The notes beneath the pieces were generated by a model, which worked only from the letters and a program-made list of their open reading frames with translations, searched no databases and was not told the origin of the DNA. Both the position numbers and the translations under genes were made by a program. A stretch of DNA of 64,000 nucleotides from Polyangiales bacterium (lineage in GTDB: Bacteria > Myxococcota_A > Polyangia > Polyangiales > Ga0077539), in assembly GCA_044229975.1 (NCBI GenBank), contig JBGARZ010000010.1, forward strand, positions 1 to 64,000, read 5' to 3'. Positions 8,963 to 19,029 of this stretch are shown one piece after another; the stretch's first letter is position 1; every line of letters starts with the position of its first letter.

Positions 8963-10309
8963 ATGCAGCCACGGAGTCGCGCGAAGATCCTGGTGATCGA
9001 CGACGAGACCAACATCCGCACGATGATGCGGGTGTGCCTGGAGGGCGCGGGCTTCGAGGTCGCGCTCGCCTCCAGCGGCGAGGCGGGCGTGGCCGCGGCG
9101 AGGCGCTCGCCCCCCGACGTGGCCTTCGTCGACCTGCGCCTCGGCGGCATCGGCGGCCTGGAGGTGACCCGCGCGCTCGCGCAGGACGCGCCCACCACGG
9201 CGGTGGTGCTCATCACCGCGTACGCGACCATCGACAACGCGGTCGACGCGATGCGCGCGGGCGCGGTGGACTTCGTGCCCAAGCCCTTCACCCCCGCGCA
9301 GGTGCTGCACGCCGTGGAGAAGGTGCTCGGCCAGGCGCGCATGCAGCAGGAGCTCACCGAGCTCAAGCGCGACGGCGGCCGCGGCGTGCACGCCCGCTTC
9401 GACACCCGCAGCCCGGCGATGCAGCAGGCTCTTGCCGTCGCGACGCGCGCGGCGGCGACCGACGCGACCATCCTGTTGTTGGGTGAGACCGGGACGGGCA
9501 AGGGCTACCTCGCGCGCCACGTCCACGCGCTCTCGCCGCGAAGCGACAAGGCCTTCGTGACGGTCAACTGCGCGGTGGTCGCCGCGTCGGTGATCGAGAG
9601 CGAGCTCTTCGGCCACGCGCGCGGGGCCTTCACCGGCGCCGACCGTGCGCGCGCCGGGCACGTCGAGGCGGCGGGACGGGGGACGCTCTTCCTCGACGAG
9701 GTGGGCGACCTGCCGCGCGAGGCGCAGGGCAAGCTCTTGCGGCTCCTGGAGGAGCACGAGTACGTGCGCGTGGGCGACACCGAGGCCCGCCGCTCGGAGG
9801 CCCGCGTGATCGCCGCCACCCACCGCGACCTGCGCGCGGCCGTCGCCGCCGGGACGTTCCGCGAGGACCTCTTCTACCGGCTCAACGTCGTCACGGCGAC
9901 GCTCCCCCCGCTGCGCAACCGCCGCGAGGACCTCCCCGAGCTGGCGCGCTCGATGATGGCCGACCTCGCCGCGCAGCACCGCCGCCCCGCGCTCTCGCTC
10001 GCGCCCGCGACGCTCGACGCGCTCGCGTCCTACCGCTGGCCGGGCAACCAGCGCGAGCTGGTGAACGTGCTGGAGCGCGCGGTGATCATCGCCGAAGGCA
10101 CCGAGCTCACGCCCGACCTGCTGCCCGAGGAGGTGCGCGCCGCCGCCCCCGCCGCGACCCCTTCGGGCGACGACTCGCTGGAGGCCGCCGAGCGCCGCCA
10201 CATCGCCGCGGTGCTGGCCCGCTCGCCCACCCTCGACGCCGCCGCGAAGGCGCTGGGGGTCGACGCCTCGACGCTCTACCGCAAGCGCGAGCGCTACGGG
10301 CTGCGGTAG
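8963..10309 (+). CDS. sigma54-dependent NtrC/AlgB-type response regulator (REC-AAA+-Fis HTH)
   Basis: ILVIDDE, GETGTGK, ESELFGHARGAFTGA, LFLDEVG, FREDLFYRLNV, WPGNQREL, AAKALGVDASTLYRK. Confidence 0.95.
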   Translation: MQPRSRAKILVIDDETNIRTMMRVCLEGAGFEVALASSGEAGVAAARRSPPDVAFVDLRLGGIGGLEVTRALAQDAPTTAVVLITAYATIDNAVDAMRAGAVDFVPKPFTPAQVLHAVEKVLGQARMQQELTELKRDGGRGVHARFDTRSPAMQQALAVATRAAATDATILLLGETGTGKGYLARHVHALSPRSDKAFVTVNCAVVAASVIESELFGHARGAFTGADRARAGHVEAAGRGTLFLDEVGDLPREAQGKLLRLLEEHEYVRVGDTEARRSEARVIAATHRDLRAAVAAGTFREDLFYRLNVVTATLPPLRNRREDLPELARSMMADLAAQHRRPALSLAPATLDALASYRWPGNQRELVNVLERAVIIAEGTELTPDLLPEEVRAAAPAATPSGDDSLEAAERRHIAAVLARSPTLDAAAKALGVDASTLYRKRERYGLR

Positions 10310-12201
10310 TGCGCGCCCCCCTCGTCCGGTCGCTCCGCGCGCGCGTGACCCTGGGCTTCGCGGCGGTGACAGCCGCGCTGGTGCTGGTGGCGGTGGTGGC
10401 GCTCGCGTCGCTCACGCGGCTGAGCCACGAGATCGAGACGATCCTGCGGGAGAACTACCGCTCGGTGATCGCGTGCGCCGATATGAAGGAGGCGCTGGAG
10501 CGCCAGGACTCCGCGGCGCAGTTCGCCTCCACGGGCCACGACGGGGTCGTCGGCGCGACGCTGTCCGCGCACCGCGCGGCCTTCACGCGGGCGCTCGCGT
10601 TCGAGGCGAGCAACATCACGGTGCCGGGCGAGCGGGAGCGCGTGCGCCAGATCGACGCGCTCTACCGCGAGTACACCGCCGCGACCGACCGCGTCCTCGC
10701 GCTGCCCCTCGGGCCGGAGCGGGGCGAGGCGTACTTCCGCGAGCTGCTCCCGCGCTTCACCCGGCTGAAGGACGCGGTGCAGGCCGTCATGCGGATGAAC
10801 CAGGGCAGCATGGAGGCCGCCGACCGCGCCGCGAAGTCGGCCGCCCGCCGCGGCGTCATGGTCACCCTCGCCGTCGGGGCGCTCGCGCTGCTGGTGGCGC
10901 TCGGCTTCATCTGGCGGCTGCCGCGGACGGTGGCCGACCCGGTGCAGACGCTGGCCGACGCGGCGCGCTCGGTGGGCGCGGGCGACCTCGACGTGGCGAT
11001 CGACGACCCCGGTCTGCGCGAGCTCGGGCCGCTGGTCGAGGCGTTCCACCGCATGGTGGAGAAGCTGAGGGCGTACCGGGAGAGCTCGCTCGGGGAGCTG
11101 CTGGAGGCGCGCGACCTCGCCAACGCCACGGTGCGCTGCCTGCTCGACCCGGTGGTGGTGTTCGCCGAGGACGGCTCCATCGTCCTGAGCAACGAGGCCG
11201 CGGCGACGACCTTCGGCCTGGTCGCCGGGCAGGAGTCGGGCGACGAGACCCAGGGGGCCGTGGCGCAGGTGTTCGCGCGGGCGCGGGAGGGCGTGCGGTC
11301 GAGCGGGGCGGTGGTGGCGCCGCGCAACCTCACCGAGGCGGTGCCGTGGCGCGACCGTCTCGGCGAGCGCTTCTTCCTTGTGCGGGCGGCGCCGCTGCGG
11401 GGCGCGGCCGACGCGGGGCGCGTGATCGTGGTGGCGCAGGACGTGACGCGGCTGCGGCGCATCGACGAGCTGAAGAGCGACATGGTCGCGACGGTGAGCC
11501 ACGAGTTCAAGACGCCGCTCACCTCGCTGCGGATGGCCACCCACCTGCTGCTGGAGCCCGGCACCGGGCCGCTGACGGAGGGGCAGCGCGAGGTGGTGAC
11601 GATGGCGCGCGACGAGACCGAGCGGCTGCGCGCGCTGGTCGACGAGCTGCTCGACCTGGTGCGCATCGAGACCGAGGCGGGCGCGCTGCACCGGGTCGAC
11701 GTCGACCCGCGGCGGCTGCTCCAGGTGGCGGCCGAGGCGCACCGCGCGCTCGCGGCCGACAAGGGCGTGGCGCTGGCCGTCGAGGAGGGCGCGGCGCCGG
11801 GGGTGGCGCGGGTCGACCCGGAGAAGCTCGGGATCGTGCTGGCGAACCTCGTCTCCAACGCCGTGCGCCACACGCCGCGCGGCGGTCGCGTGACGCTCGG
11901 GTGCGCGCTCGACGGGGAGGCGCTGCGCCTGCGCGTGCGGGACAGCGGCGACGGGGTCGAGGCGGGCGACCTCGCGCGGCTGCTGGCGCGCAACCAGGGC
12001 GCGCGCGGCGGCATCGCGCACTCCGGGCGGCGCGGCCTCGGGCTCACCATCGCGCAGGAGATCGTGCTCCAGCACGGGGGCGAGTTGACGGCCGAGAGCG
12101 CCGTCGGCACGGGGAGCACCTTCACGGTGACGATCCCGCTGGCGAGGCCGTCCGACCCGGGCCCCGCGCCGCTCAGAACCACGTCGTCAGGCCGAGGGTG
12201 A
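10309..12201 (+). CDS. membrane sensor histidine kinase (periplasmic helical sensor, HAMP, PAS-like, HisKA, HATPase; KinB-like)
   Basis: two TM segments; VSHEFKTPLTS H-box; NLVSNAVRH N-box; DSGDG; GLGL. Confidence 0.92.
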   Translation: MRAPLVRSLRARVTLGFAAVTAALVLVAVVALASLTRLSHEIETILRENYRSVIACADMKEALERQDSAAQFASTGHDGVVGATLSAHRAAFTRALAFEASNITVPGERERVRQIDALYREYTAATDRVLALPLGPERGEAYFRELLPRFTRLKDAVQAVMRMNQGSMEAADRAAKSAARRGVMVTLAVGALALLVALGFIWRLPRTVADPVQTLADAARSVGAGDLDVAIDDPGLRELGPLVEAFHRMVEKLRAYRESSLGELLEARDLANATVRCLLDPVVVFAEDGSIVLSNEAAATTFGLVAGQESGDETQGAVAQVFARAREGVRSSGAVVAPRNLTEAVPWRDRLGERFFLVRAAPLRGAADAGRVIVVAQDVTRLRRIDELKSDMVATVSHEFKTPLTSLRMATHLLLEPGTGPLTEGQREVVTMARDETERLRALVDELLDLVRIETEAGALHRVDVDPRRLLQVAAEAHRALAADKGVALAVEEGAAPGVARVDPEKLGIVLANLVSNAVRHTPRGGRVTLGCALDGEALRLRVRDSGDGVEAGDLARLLARNQGARGGIAHSGRRGLGLTIAQEIVLQHGGELTAESAVGTGSTFTVTIPLARPSDPGPAPLRTTSSGRG

Positions 12202-13432
12202 GGGTGTCCTGCGAGGCCGCGTTGGGCACGAAGGCCCCGGTGGTCATGTCGGTCGCGACCGCGCCGCGGAAGTACGTCGGCCCGGCGGCCGCGTCGTGGC
12301 GGTACTCCAGCCGCACCGAGACGTTGTCGTGCGGGCGCGCGTCGAGCGTGGCCGTGGCCGAGCTCACCCAGCTCGTGGGCCAGAAGATGCTGCCCGCCGT
12401 GCCCGCGGCGTTGCGCGCGGCGGTCTCGTGGAAGAAGTCCCCGCGCGCCGCGAAGTAGAGCCACGGGCGCAGGCGGAAGCGGGCGTAGAGCGCGCCCGCC
12501 GCCCACCACGAGGTGCCGAAGGCGTTGGGCTCCACGCCCGCGTTGGCGTGCACCATCAGCCCCAGCCAGGGCCTCGGGTAGACCGCGGCGTAGGCGTCGA
12601 AGACGTGCCGCCACGGCGTCGTCCCGGCCGCCTCGGGGGCGCCGTCCGCGCGCTCGACGCCGCCGAAGTAGAGCGCGTGCAGGGTCACCCGGTCGGTCAC
12701 CACGTAGTCGAGCGCCGCGGAGACGGACTTCGCCGGGTTGTTGTCGACGACGCTGTTCCAGCCGTTGTAGCCCGCGACGCTGAGGGTGAGCCGGTCGGAG
12801 AGCGGGTACGAGGCGCGGAAGCCCGTGTGGTAGAAGGGCAGTCCGAAGAACAGGTTGGAGCGCGACCAGTTCCACTGGTCCTTCACCGCCATGCCCTCGG
12901 GGCCGATCGGCGAGAGGAACAATCCCCCCTCCAGCAGCAGCCCCCGGCCGAGCGGCGTGCGCCACGCGACCACGGCCTGCTGGATGAACTTCCACACGTC
13001 GAGGTTCGACGCGCCCGCGCCGCTCGCGCTGCCGCGGTCGGGCTCGGCGAGGTAGTAGGTCTCCGGCGTCGAGCCGACCTGCAACGCGAGGCGCACCGAC
13101 ACGGGGCCCAGCGTGCCGGTCGCGTCGAGCACCACGTTCGACAGCGTGAAGGTGTTGTGGCGCGTGTCGAAGCCCCGGTAGTTGGTGATGCCGTTGGAGG
13201 GGTTGTTGAAGTTCCACTGGTAGAGGGCTTCGACGTAGCCCGCGAGGGTGACGCCCGCGCGGGTGCCGGTGCGCGAGACGCCCTCCGCGGCGCTCGTGAC
13301 CGGGGCGGGCGCGGGCGCAGCCGCGGGTGCGGGCGCTTCGGTCGTGGCGGGGACGGTCTGTGCCAGCGCGGCGCGCCCTGCGAACGTGAGGACCAGGCCC
13401 GCGACGGCGGGGGCGGACGAAAGACGGTTCAT
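12173..13432 (-). CDS. outer-membrane beta-barrel porin (putative, BBP2/OmpL-like) following kdpC
   Basis: signal peptide ending ALA-Q; amphipathic strands; SPIGPE...WNWSRS...PFYHTG; C-terminal WF. Confidence 0.8.
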   Translation of the reverse strand: MNRLSSAPAVAGLVLTFAGRAALAQTVPATTEAPAPAAAPAPAPVTSAAEGVSRTGTRAGVTLAGYVEALYQWNFNNPSNGITNYRGFDTRHNTFTLSNVVLDATGTLGPVSVRLALQVGSTPETYYLAEPDRGSASGAGASNLDVWKFIQQAVVAWRTPLGRGLLLEGGLFLSPIGPEGMAVKDQWNWSRSNLFFGLPFYHTGFRASYPLSDRLTLSVAGYNGWNSVVDNNPAKSVSAALDYVVTDRVTLHALYFGGVERADGAPEAAGTTPWRHVFDAYAAVYPRPWLGLMVHANAGVEPNAFGTSWWAAGALYARFRLRPWLYFAARGDFFHETAARNAAGTAGSIFWPTSWVSSATATLDARPHDNVSVRLEYRHDAAAGPTYFRGAVATDMTTGAFVPNAASQDTLTLGLTTWF

Positions 13433-14019
13433 CGAGTGGTTCCGTGGGTCGCGTCGAGCGCGAGGTTGAGTTCGAGGACGTTGACCCGGGGCTCGCCGAG
13501 CAACCCGAGCGTGGAGCCGGCGGTGTGCGCCGCGACGAGGGCGCGCACCGCGGCTTCGGACATGGAGCGGGCGCGGGCGACGCGCGGCACCTGGATCAGC
13601 GCGGCGGCCGGGGAGACGTGCGGGTCGAGCCCGCTGCCGCTCTTGGTGACGAGGTCGACCGGGATCGGCCCGGTGACGCCCGTCGCGCGCAGGGCCTCGA
13701 CGCGGGCGCGCACCTCGTCGTGCAGCGCGGGGTTGAGCGGGCCGTAGTTGCTGCCCGACGAGTAGACGACGCCCGTCGCGGAGTCGACGCTGGCGCCCGA
13801 GGGGCGGCCCCAGAAGTACTCGGGGTGGGCGGCGTTGTCGGCGAAGGTCTGGCCCAGGAGCGACGACCCGCGCACGCGGCCGCCCTGCTCGATCAGGCTC
13901 CCGTTGGCCTGCCGGGGGAACGCCGCCTGGGCGACGCCCGTGACGAGGGCCGGGTACGCGAGGCAGCAGACGACCAGCAGGAAGGCGGTGACGACCAGGC
14001 AGCGACGAAGGAGCTTCAT
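13429..14019 (-). CDS. kdpC: K+-transporting ATPase subunit C
   Basis: [55 protein letters not shown]. Confidence 0.96.
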   Translation of the reverse strand: MKLLRRCLVVTAFLLVVCCLAYPALVTGVAQAAFPRQANGSLIEQGGRVRGSSLLGQTFADNAAHPEYFWGRPSGASVDSATGVVYSSGSNYGPLNPALHDEVRARVEALRATGVTGPIPVDLVTKSGSGLDPHVSPAAALIQVPRVARARSMSEAAVRALVAAHTAGSTLGLLGEPRVNVLELNLALDATHGTTR

Positions 14020-14068
14020 GATTTCGATCCTCGATGGGTGGAACGGGACGGCGGGTCGGCGGGCGGGT

Positions 14069-16177
14069 TCACGCGAGGTGGAGGCCGCTCACCACGACGT
14101 CGATCGCCTTGATCGCGACGAAGGGCGCGACCACGCCGCCGAGCCCGTAGACCAGCAGGTTGCGTTGCAGGAGCGCCGCGGCGCCCAGCGGCCGGTAGGC
14201 GACCCCGCGCAGCGCGAGCGGGATGAGCGCGACGATCACCAGCGCGTTGAAGATGACCGCCGAGAGGATGGCGCTCTGGGGCGACCCGAGGCCCATCACG
14301 TTCAGCGCGTTGAAGTGCGAGGTGGCCGCGTCGCCGCGCGTCGCCTGGAAGGCCGCGAGCCCCGTGAACATGGCCGGCAGGATGGAGAAGTACTTGGCGA
14401 CGTCGTTGGCCACCGAGAAGGTCGTGAGCGACCCGCGGGTCATCAGGAGCTGCTTGCCGATCTCGACGATCTCGATGAGCTTGGTCGGGTCGCTGTCGAG
14501 GTCGACCATGTTGCCGGCCTCCTTGGCGGCCTGCGTGCCGGTGTTCATCGCGACGCCGACGTCGGCGCGGGCGAGCGCGGGCGCGTCGTTGGTGCCGTCG
14601 CCGGTCATCGCGACGAGCCGGCCGCCCTCCTGCATCTTGTGGATGTAGGCGAGCTTCGCCTCGGGCGTCGCCTCCGCGAGGAAGTCGTCGACCCCGGCCT
14701 CGGCCGCGATCGACTTCGCCGTGAGCGGGTTGTCGCCCGTCACCATCACGGTCTTGATGCCCATCGCGCGCAGCCGCTCGAAGCGCTCGCGCATCCCGGG
14801 CTTCACGGTGTCCTTCAGGTAGATCACGCCGAGCACGCGCGCCCCGTCGACCACCACGAGCGGCGTGCCGCCCGCGTTGGCGACCCGGTCGACGAGCCCC
14901 TGGAGGTCCGTGGGCACCGCGCCGCCGACGCCGCGGACGTGGGCGAGCACCGCGTCCCCGGCGCCCTTGCGCACGACGCGCGGGCCCGCGTCGACGCCGC
15001 TCATGCGGGTGCGCGCCGTGAAGGGGACGAACGCGGCCCCCGCCGGGAGCTGCGGGACGATGCCCATGGTCTGGGCGAGCGTCACGATGCTCTTGCCCTC
15101 CGGGGTCTCGTCGGGCAGCGACGAGAGCGCCGCGACCTCCGCGAGCTCGCGCGCGTCGACCCCGCTCACCGGCAGGAACTCCGCCGCCTGGCGGTTGCCG
15201 TAGGTGATGGTCCCGGTCTTGTCGAGCATGAGCACGTCGATGTCGCCCGCGGCCTCCACCGCGCGCCCGGAGGTGGCGAGCACGTTGTGCTGGACGAGGC
15301 GGTCCATGCCCGCGATGCCGATGGCCGAGAGCAGGCCGCCGATGGTCGTCGGGATGAGGCACACCAGGAGCGCGACGAGCACGCCGATGCCGAGCGAGCC
15401 GCCGAAGTAGCGGGCGAAGGGCTCCAGCGTGACCGTGGCCACGAGGAAGATCAGCGTGAGCCCCGCGAGCAGGATGGTCAGCGCGATCTCGTTGGGCGTC
15501 TTCTGCCGTTCGGACCCTTCGACCAGCGCGATCATCCGGTCGACGAAGCCGCCGCCCGGGTCCTGGCGCACCTCGATCTTCAGCCAGTCGCTCGCGACGC
15601 GTGTGCCGCCGGTGACGGCGCTGCGGTCGCCGCCCGCCTCGCGCACGACCGGCGCGCTCTCGCCCGTGATGGCGCTCTCGTCGACCGAGGCCACGCCCTC
15701 CAGGATCTCGCCGTCGGCGGGCACCAGCCCCCCGGCCGCGACGTACACGACGTCGCCGCGCTTCAGGTCGCTGGCGGCGACGTCCTCGCCGCCGTCCGTG
15801 GCGCCGCCGGGCAGCGCGGCCTCGTCGCCCGCGCGGCGGATGCGCCGGGCCGTGGTGGTCGTGCGCATCTTGCGGAGCGTGGCCGCCTGCGCCTTGCCGC
15901 GACCCTCGGCCATCGCCTCGGCGAAGTTGGCGAAGAGCACGGTGAACCACAGCCACACGATGAGCTGCGCGTTGAACTTCACGTCGACGTGGGCGCCTCG
16001 CAGGAGGTCGTACGCGAAGAGGACGGTGACGAGGATGCTGCCGACCTCGACGACGAACATCACGGGGTTCTTCGCCATCGTGCGCGGGTTCAACTTCTTG
16101 AACGCGTCGAGGGCGGCGGGCCGGACGATGGCCGGGTCCCAGAGCGAGAGGGTCTTGCGGTTCTGCTGCCTGGTCAT
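14069..16177 (-). CDS. kdpB: K+-transporting P-type ATPase subunit B
   Basis: [40 protein letters not shown]. Confidence 0.98.
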   Translation of the reverse strand: MTRQQNRKTLSLWDPAIVRPAALDAFKKLNPRTMAKNPVMFVVEVGSILVTVLFAYDLLRGAHVDVKFNAQLIVWLWFTVLFANFAEAMAEGRGKAQAATLRKMRTTTTARRIRRAGDEAALPGGATDGGEDVAASDLKRGDVVYVAAGGLVPADGEILEGVASVDESAITGESAPVVREAGGDRSAVTGGTRVASDWLKIEVRQDPGGGFVDRMIALVEGSERQKTPNEIALTILLAGLTLIFLVATVTLEPFARYFGGSLGIGVLVALLVCLIPTTIGGLLSAIGIAGMDRLVQHNVLATSGRAVEAAGDIDVLMLDKTGTITYGNRQAAEFLPVSGVDARELAEVAALSSLPDETPEGKSIVTLAQTMGIVPQLPAGAAFVPFTARTRMSGVDAGPRVVRKGAGDAVLAHVRGVGGAVPTDLQGLVDRVANAGGTPLVVVDGARVLGVIYLKDTVKPGMRERFERLRAMGIKTVMVTGDNPLTAKSIAAEAGVDDFLAEATPEAKLAYIHKMQEGGRLVAMTGDGTNDAPALARADVGVAMNTGTQAAKEAGNMVDLDSDPTKLIEIVEIGKQLLMTRGSLTTFSVANDVAKYFSILPAMFTGLAAFQATRGDAATSHFNALNVMGLGSPQSAILSAVIFNALVIVALIPLALRGVAYRPLGAAALLQRNLLVYGLGGVVAPFVAIKAIDVVVSGLHLA

Positions 16178-16200
16178 GGGATTCGCCTGTCAGCCCGCGG

Positions 16201-17961
16201 TCAGCGGAGCATGAGGTGCTCGACGATCGGGCCGAGCGAGAGGGCGGGGAAGAAGGTCAGCGCGCCCACGATCAGGATCACGCCGACGAGGAGTCCGACG
16301 AAGAGGCCGCCGTCGACGGGGAAGCTGCCGGGCCCGCTCGGCACCGCGCGCTTCTTCGCCATGTTGCCGGCGATCGCGAGCACCGCGACGATGAGCGGGA
16401 AGCGCCCGACGAACATCGCGAGCGCGAGGGTCAGCGAGTAGAAGACCGGGTGCGCCGCGGAGTAGGCGGTGAGGCCCGCGAAGGCGCTGCCGTTGTTGCC
16501 GGTGCCGGAGCTGAACGCGTAGAGCAGCTCGGAGAGGCCGTGCGGGTGCGGGTGCCACGGCGCGCCCGGCACGTCGGCGGTGGAGGCGTTCATGATCCCG
16601 GCGCGGCCGACCTCGGTGAGCGCCGCGATCGCGGTGAAGATCAGGATCGAGAACGCCGGGATGAGGATGTAGATCGAGGCGAAGCGGACGTCGCGCGAGT
16701 CGATCTTCTTGCCCAGGTACTCGGGCGTGCGGCCCACCATGAGGCCCGCGAGGAAGACGGCGATCAGGACGTAGACGAGCGCGCCGTACATGCCCGCGCC
16801 GACGCCGCCGAAGACGACCTCGCCGAGCTGGATGTTGAGCAGCGGGACGAGGCCGCCGAGCGGCGTGAAGCTGTCGTGCATGCCGTTGACGGCGCCGCAC
16901 GAGGCGTCGGTGGTGACCGTCGCGAAGAGGGCGGTGTCGGCGATGCCGAAGCGCACCTCCTTGCCCTCCATGTTGCCGCCCGCCTGGAGCGCGCTGGCGA
17001 CCTGGTCGGCGCCGGCGCGGGTGAGCGCGGGGTTGCCCGCCTGCTCGAAGTGCCCGAGCGCCGCGACGCCCAGCACCGCGATGAGGGCCATGGCCGCGAA
17101 GACCGCCCAGCCGTGGCGGCGGTTCTTCACCATCTCGCCGAGCGTCACGCAGAGCGCCGCGGGGATCGAGAAGATCGAGAAGATCTGCACGAAGTTGGAG
17201 AGCGGCGTCGGGTTCTCCCAGGGGTGGGCGCTGTTGGCGTTGAAGAATCCGCCGCCGTTGGTGCCCAGCATCTTGATGGCCTCCTGCGAGGCGACGGGGC
17301 CGCGCGAGAGCGACTGCGCGACGCCGTCGAGGGTGGTCCAGTGCGCCGGGCCGCCCCAGGTCTGCATGACGCCCTGCGACACGAGGAAGAGCGCGTAGAC
17401 GGCGCAGAGCGGGAGCAGCACGTAGAGGTGCGCCCGCACGAGGTCGACCCAGAAGTTGCCGAGCTTGTCGGTCTCGCGGCGCGCGATGCCGCGGATCAGC
17501 GCGACCGCGACGCAGAGGCCGACGGCCGTGGAGAAGAAGTTCTGGCTGGTGAGGGCGAGCGCCTGCGAGAGGTAGCTCAGCGTCGTCTCGCCGCCGTAGC
17601 TCTGCCAGTTGGTGTTGGTGGTGAAGCTCGTCGCGGTGTTGAACGCGAGCCACGGCGGCACCGCGGGCAGCCGCGTCGGGTTGAAGGGCAGCGCGCCCTG
17701 CATGCGCATCACGACGTAGGTGATCGCCTGCGTGACGGCGGAGAAGAGCAGCATCGCGCCGGCGTACTGCTTCCAGTCGTGCTCCTCCTCGGGGCGCACG
17801 TCGGCGAGGCGGTAGACGAGGCGCTCGACGGGGCCGAGCAGGCGAGCGCCGCCGCGGTTCTCGCCCGCGAAGACGCGCGCGAGGTAGCGGCCGAGCGGCA
17901 CGGCCACGGCGGCGAGCAGGACGAAGTAGAGGGCGACGAGCCCGGCGAGGCGCGGGGTCAT
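16201..17961 (-). CDS. kdpA: K+-transporting ATPase subunit A
   Basis: SFTTNTNWQSYGGE, KMLGTNGGGFF, SCGAVNGMHDS, NNGSAFAG, ALSLGPIVEHL. Confidence 0.98.
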   Translation of the reverse strand: MTPRLAGLVALYFVLLAAVAVPLGRYLARVFAGENRGGARLLGPVERLVYRLADVRPEEEHDWKQYAGAMLLFSAVTQAITYVVMRMQGALPFNPTRLPAVPPWLAFNTATSFTTNTNWQSYGGETTLSYLSQALALTSQNFFSTAVGLCVAVALIRGIARRETDKLGNFWVDLVRAHLYVLLPLCAVYALFLVSQGVMQTWGGPAHWTTLDGVAQSLSRGPVASQEAIKMLGTNGGGFFNANSAHPWENPTPLSNFVQIFSIFSIPAALCVTLGEMVKNRRHGWAVFAAMALIAVLGVAALGHFEQAGNPALTRAGADQVASALQAGGNMEGKEVRFGIADTALFATVTTDASCGAVNGMHDSFTPLGGLVPLLNIQLGEVVFGGVGAGMYGALVYVLIAVFLAGLMVGRTPEYLGKKIDSRDVRFASIYILIPAFSILIFTAIAALTEVGRAGIMNASTADVPGAPWHPHPHGLSELLYAFSSGTGNNGSAFAGLTAYSAAHPVFYSLTLALAMFVGRFPLIVAVLAIAGNMAKKRAVPSGPGSFPVDGGLFVGLLVGVILIVGALTFFPALSLGPIVEHLMLR

Positions 17962-17962
17962 C

Positions 17963-18052
17963 TCAGAACCTCTCCGGGCGGGCGAGGACGTAGAAGAGGT
18001 AGGCGACGAGGCCCGCGCTCGTGGCGAGGCCCAGGATCACGTCAGGTCCCAT
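17963..18052 (-). CDS. kdpF: KdpF subunit (MGPDVILGLATSAGLVAYLFYVLARPERF)
   Basis: 29-aa single-TM peptide with YL..VL.RPERF signature directly upstream of kdpA; absent from the ORF track. Confidence 0.92.
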   Translation of the reverse strand: MGPDVILGLATSAGLVAYLFYVLARPERF

Positions 18053-18057
18053 GGGGG

Positions 18058-18141
18058 TCACATCCGGTCGAAGAGGACGACGAGCCCGGACGCGGACGCG
18101 AACAGCGCCGCGGTGAGGGCGACGATCAACAGGTCGGTCAT
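18058..18141 (-). CDS. second small hydrophobic peptide upstream of kdpF (MTDLLIVALTAALFASASGLVVLFDRM)
   Basis: 27-aa single-TM ORF between the sigma54 promoter and kdpF. Confidence 0.75.
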   Translation of the reverse strand: MTDLLIVALTAALFASASGLVVLFDRM

Positions 18142-18155
18142 GATCGGCGCGTTAC

Positions 18156-18170
18156 TCAACCCCCGTGCCG
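18156..18170 (-). promoter_or_regulatory. sigma54-type promoter of the kdp operon
   Basis: minus strand CGGCACGGGGGTTGA (GGCACG-N4-TTGA). Confidence 0.65.
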
Positions 18171-18211
18171 CCGCGCGAAACGTAGCGTTCTGAGATCCGG
18201 CCCGCGGCGAG

Positions 18212-18262
18212 TCGTGCAGCGGCGCACGAACCCGCCGGACCCGACCGGGCAGCGGCGCACGA
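18212..18262. promoter_or_regulatory. tandem palindromic UAS sites upstream of the kdp operon
   Basis: TCGTGCAGCGGCGCACGA at 18212-18229 and CCGGGCAGCGGCGCACGA at 18245-18262. Confidence 0.7.
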
Positions 18263-18609
18263 CGCCCTTTGGCCCCACGTCCGAACCTCGCCAGGCCCCC
18301 GCGTCGACGCCGTCGCCCGCCTCACCTTCAACGGCACCCGGGCCGAGGTGTTTCCGATGTTGCGAAAGCCCGTCGGCATCGCCGCCCTCGGCGACGACCT
18401 CCTGGTGGCCGACCACGACGCCACGCCCGCCGATGGCGTGACCCACCGCCTGCGCATCCTTCCCGTCGACTGACGCGAGCGGGCCGTGGGGTCAGACGCC
18501 GTACGCCCGTTCGGCGGATCGGGCGTCCGTGCACGATCCCTTCACGAGCGGCCCCACACAGAAGCCGAACGACGTCGAGGCCCCTCACCGGGCATCGCAC
18601 AGAACGGTC

Positions 18610-18714
18610 GGGGTGGGGCTGCCCGTCGAGCACCTCGTACACGGCCACCACCGCGGTCTTTCCCTTGGCCCGCACCCGATCGACCCGGCGCAGCGCGCGC
18701 AGGTTGGGGAGCAC
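18610..18714 (-). pseudogene. C-terminal fragment of a class III adenylate/guanylate cyclase
   Basis: RRVDRVRAKGKTAVVAVYEVLD resembles the cyclase C-terminal VKGK..V.VYEV motif; the rest of the domain is absent. Confidence 0.5.
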
Positions 18715-18812
18715 GGGGAAACCGGGGCCCGGGCTGTCCGCCTCAACGGGACGATGAACTGGAGAGCGGACGGGGCAGACTCGCCGGGGCGGGGTAGCCC
18801 ACGGCCCTGACG

Positions 18813-18891
18813 GTGCGCCTCCTCACCGAGGCCGTCGAAGCGGTCAGTTGCCGTCGAGCGGTCGGAAGGCGGCCTCGGTGAGGAGGCGCAC
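18813..18891. repeat. 22-bp perfect inverted repeat
   Basis: GTGCGCCTCCTCACCGAGGCCG (18813-18834) and its reverse complement (18870-18891). Confidence 0.85.
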
Positions 18892-19029
18892 GGCCTCCCG
18901 GTCGGCCCGGTCGGCCCGCGCGCCGCGCAGTGCGGTCGGGAGGAACCGCCAGCGCTCCGGGTCGTGGGCGGCGGGTGCGTCAGGGTCGTCGCGGAAGAGG
19001 CGAAGGTCGGTCGGCGGCAGTCGGCTCAT
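18844..19029 (-). CDS. small hypothetical protein (MSRLPPTDLRLF...)
   Basis: AGGAG RBS, 61 aa; may be a truncated gene. Confidence 0.35.
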   Translation of the reverse strand: MSRLPPTDLRLFRDDPDAPAAHDPERWRFLPTALRGARADRADREAVRLLTEAAFRPLDGN

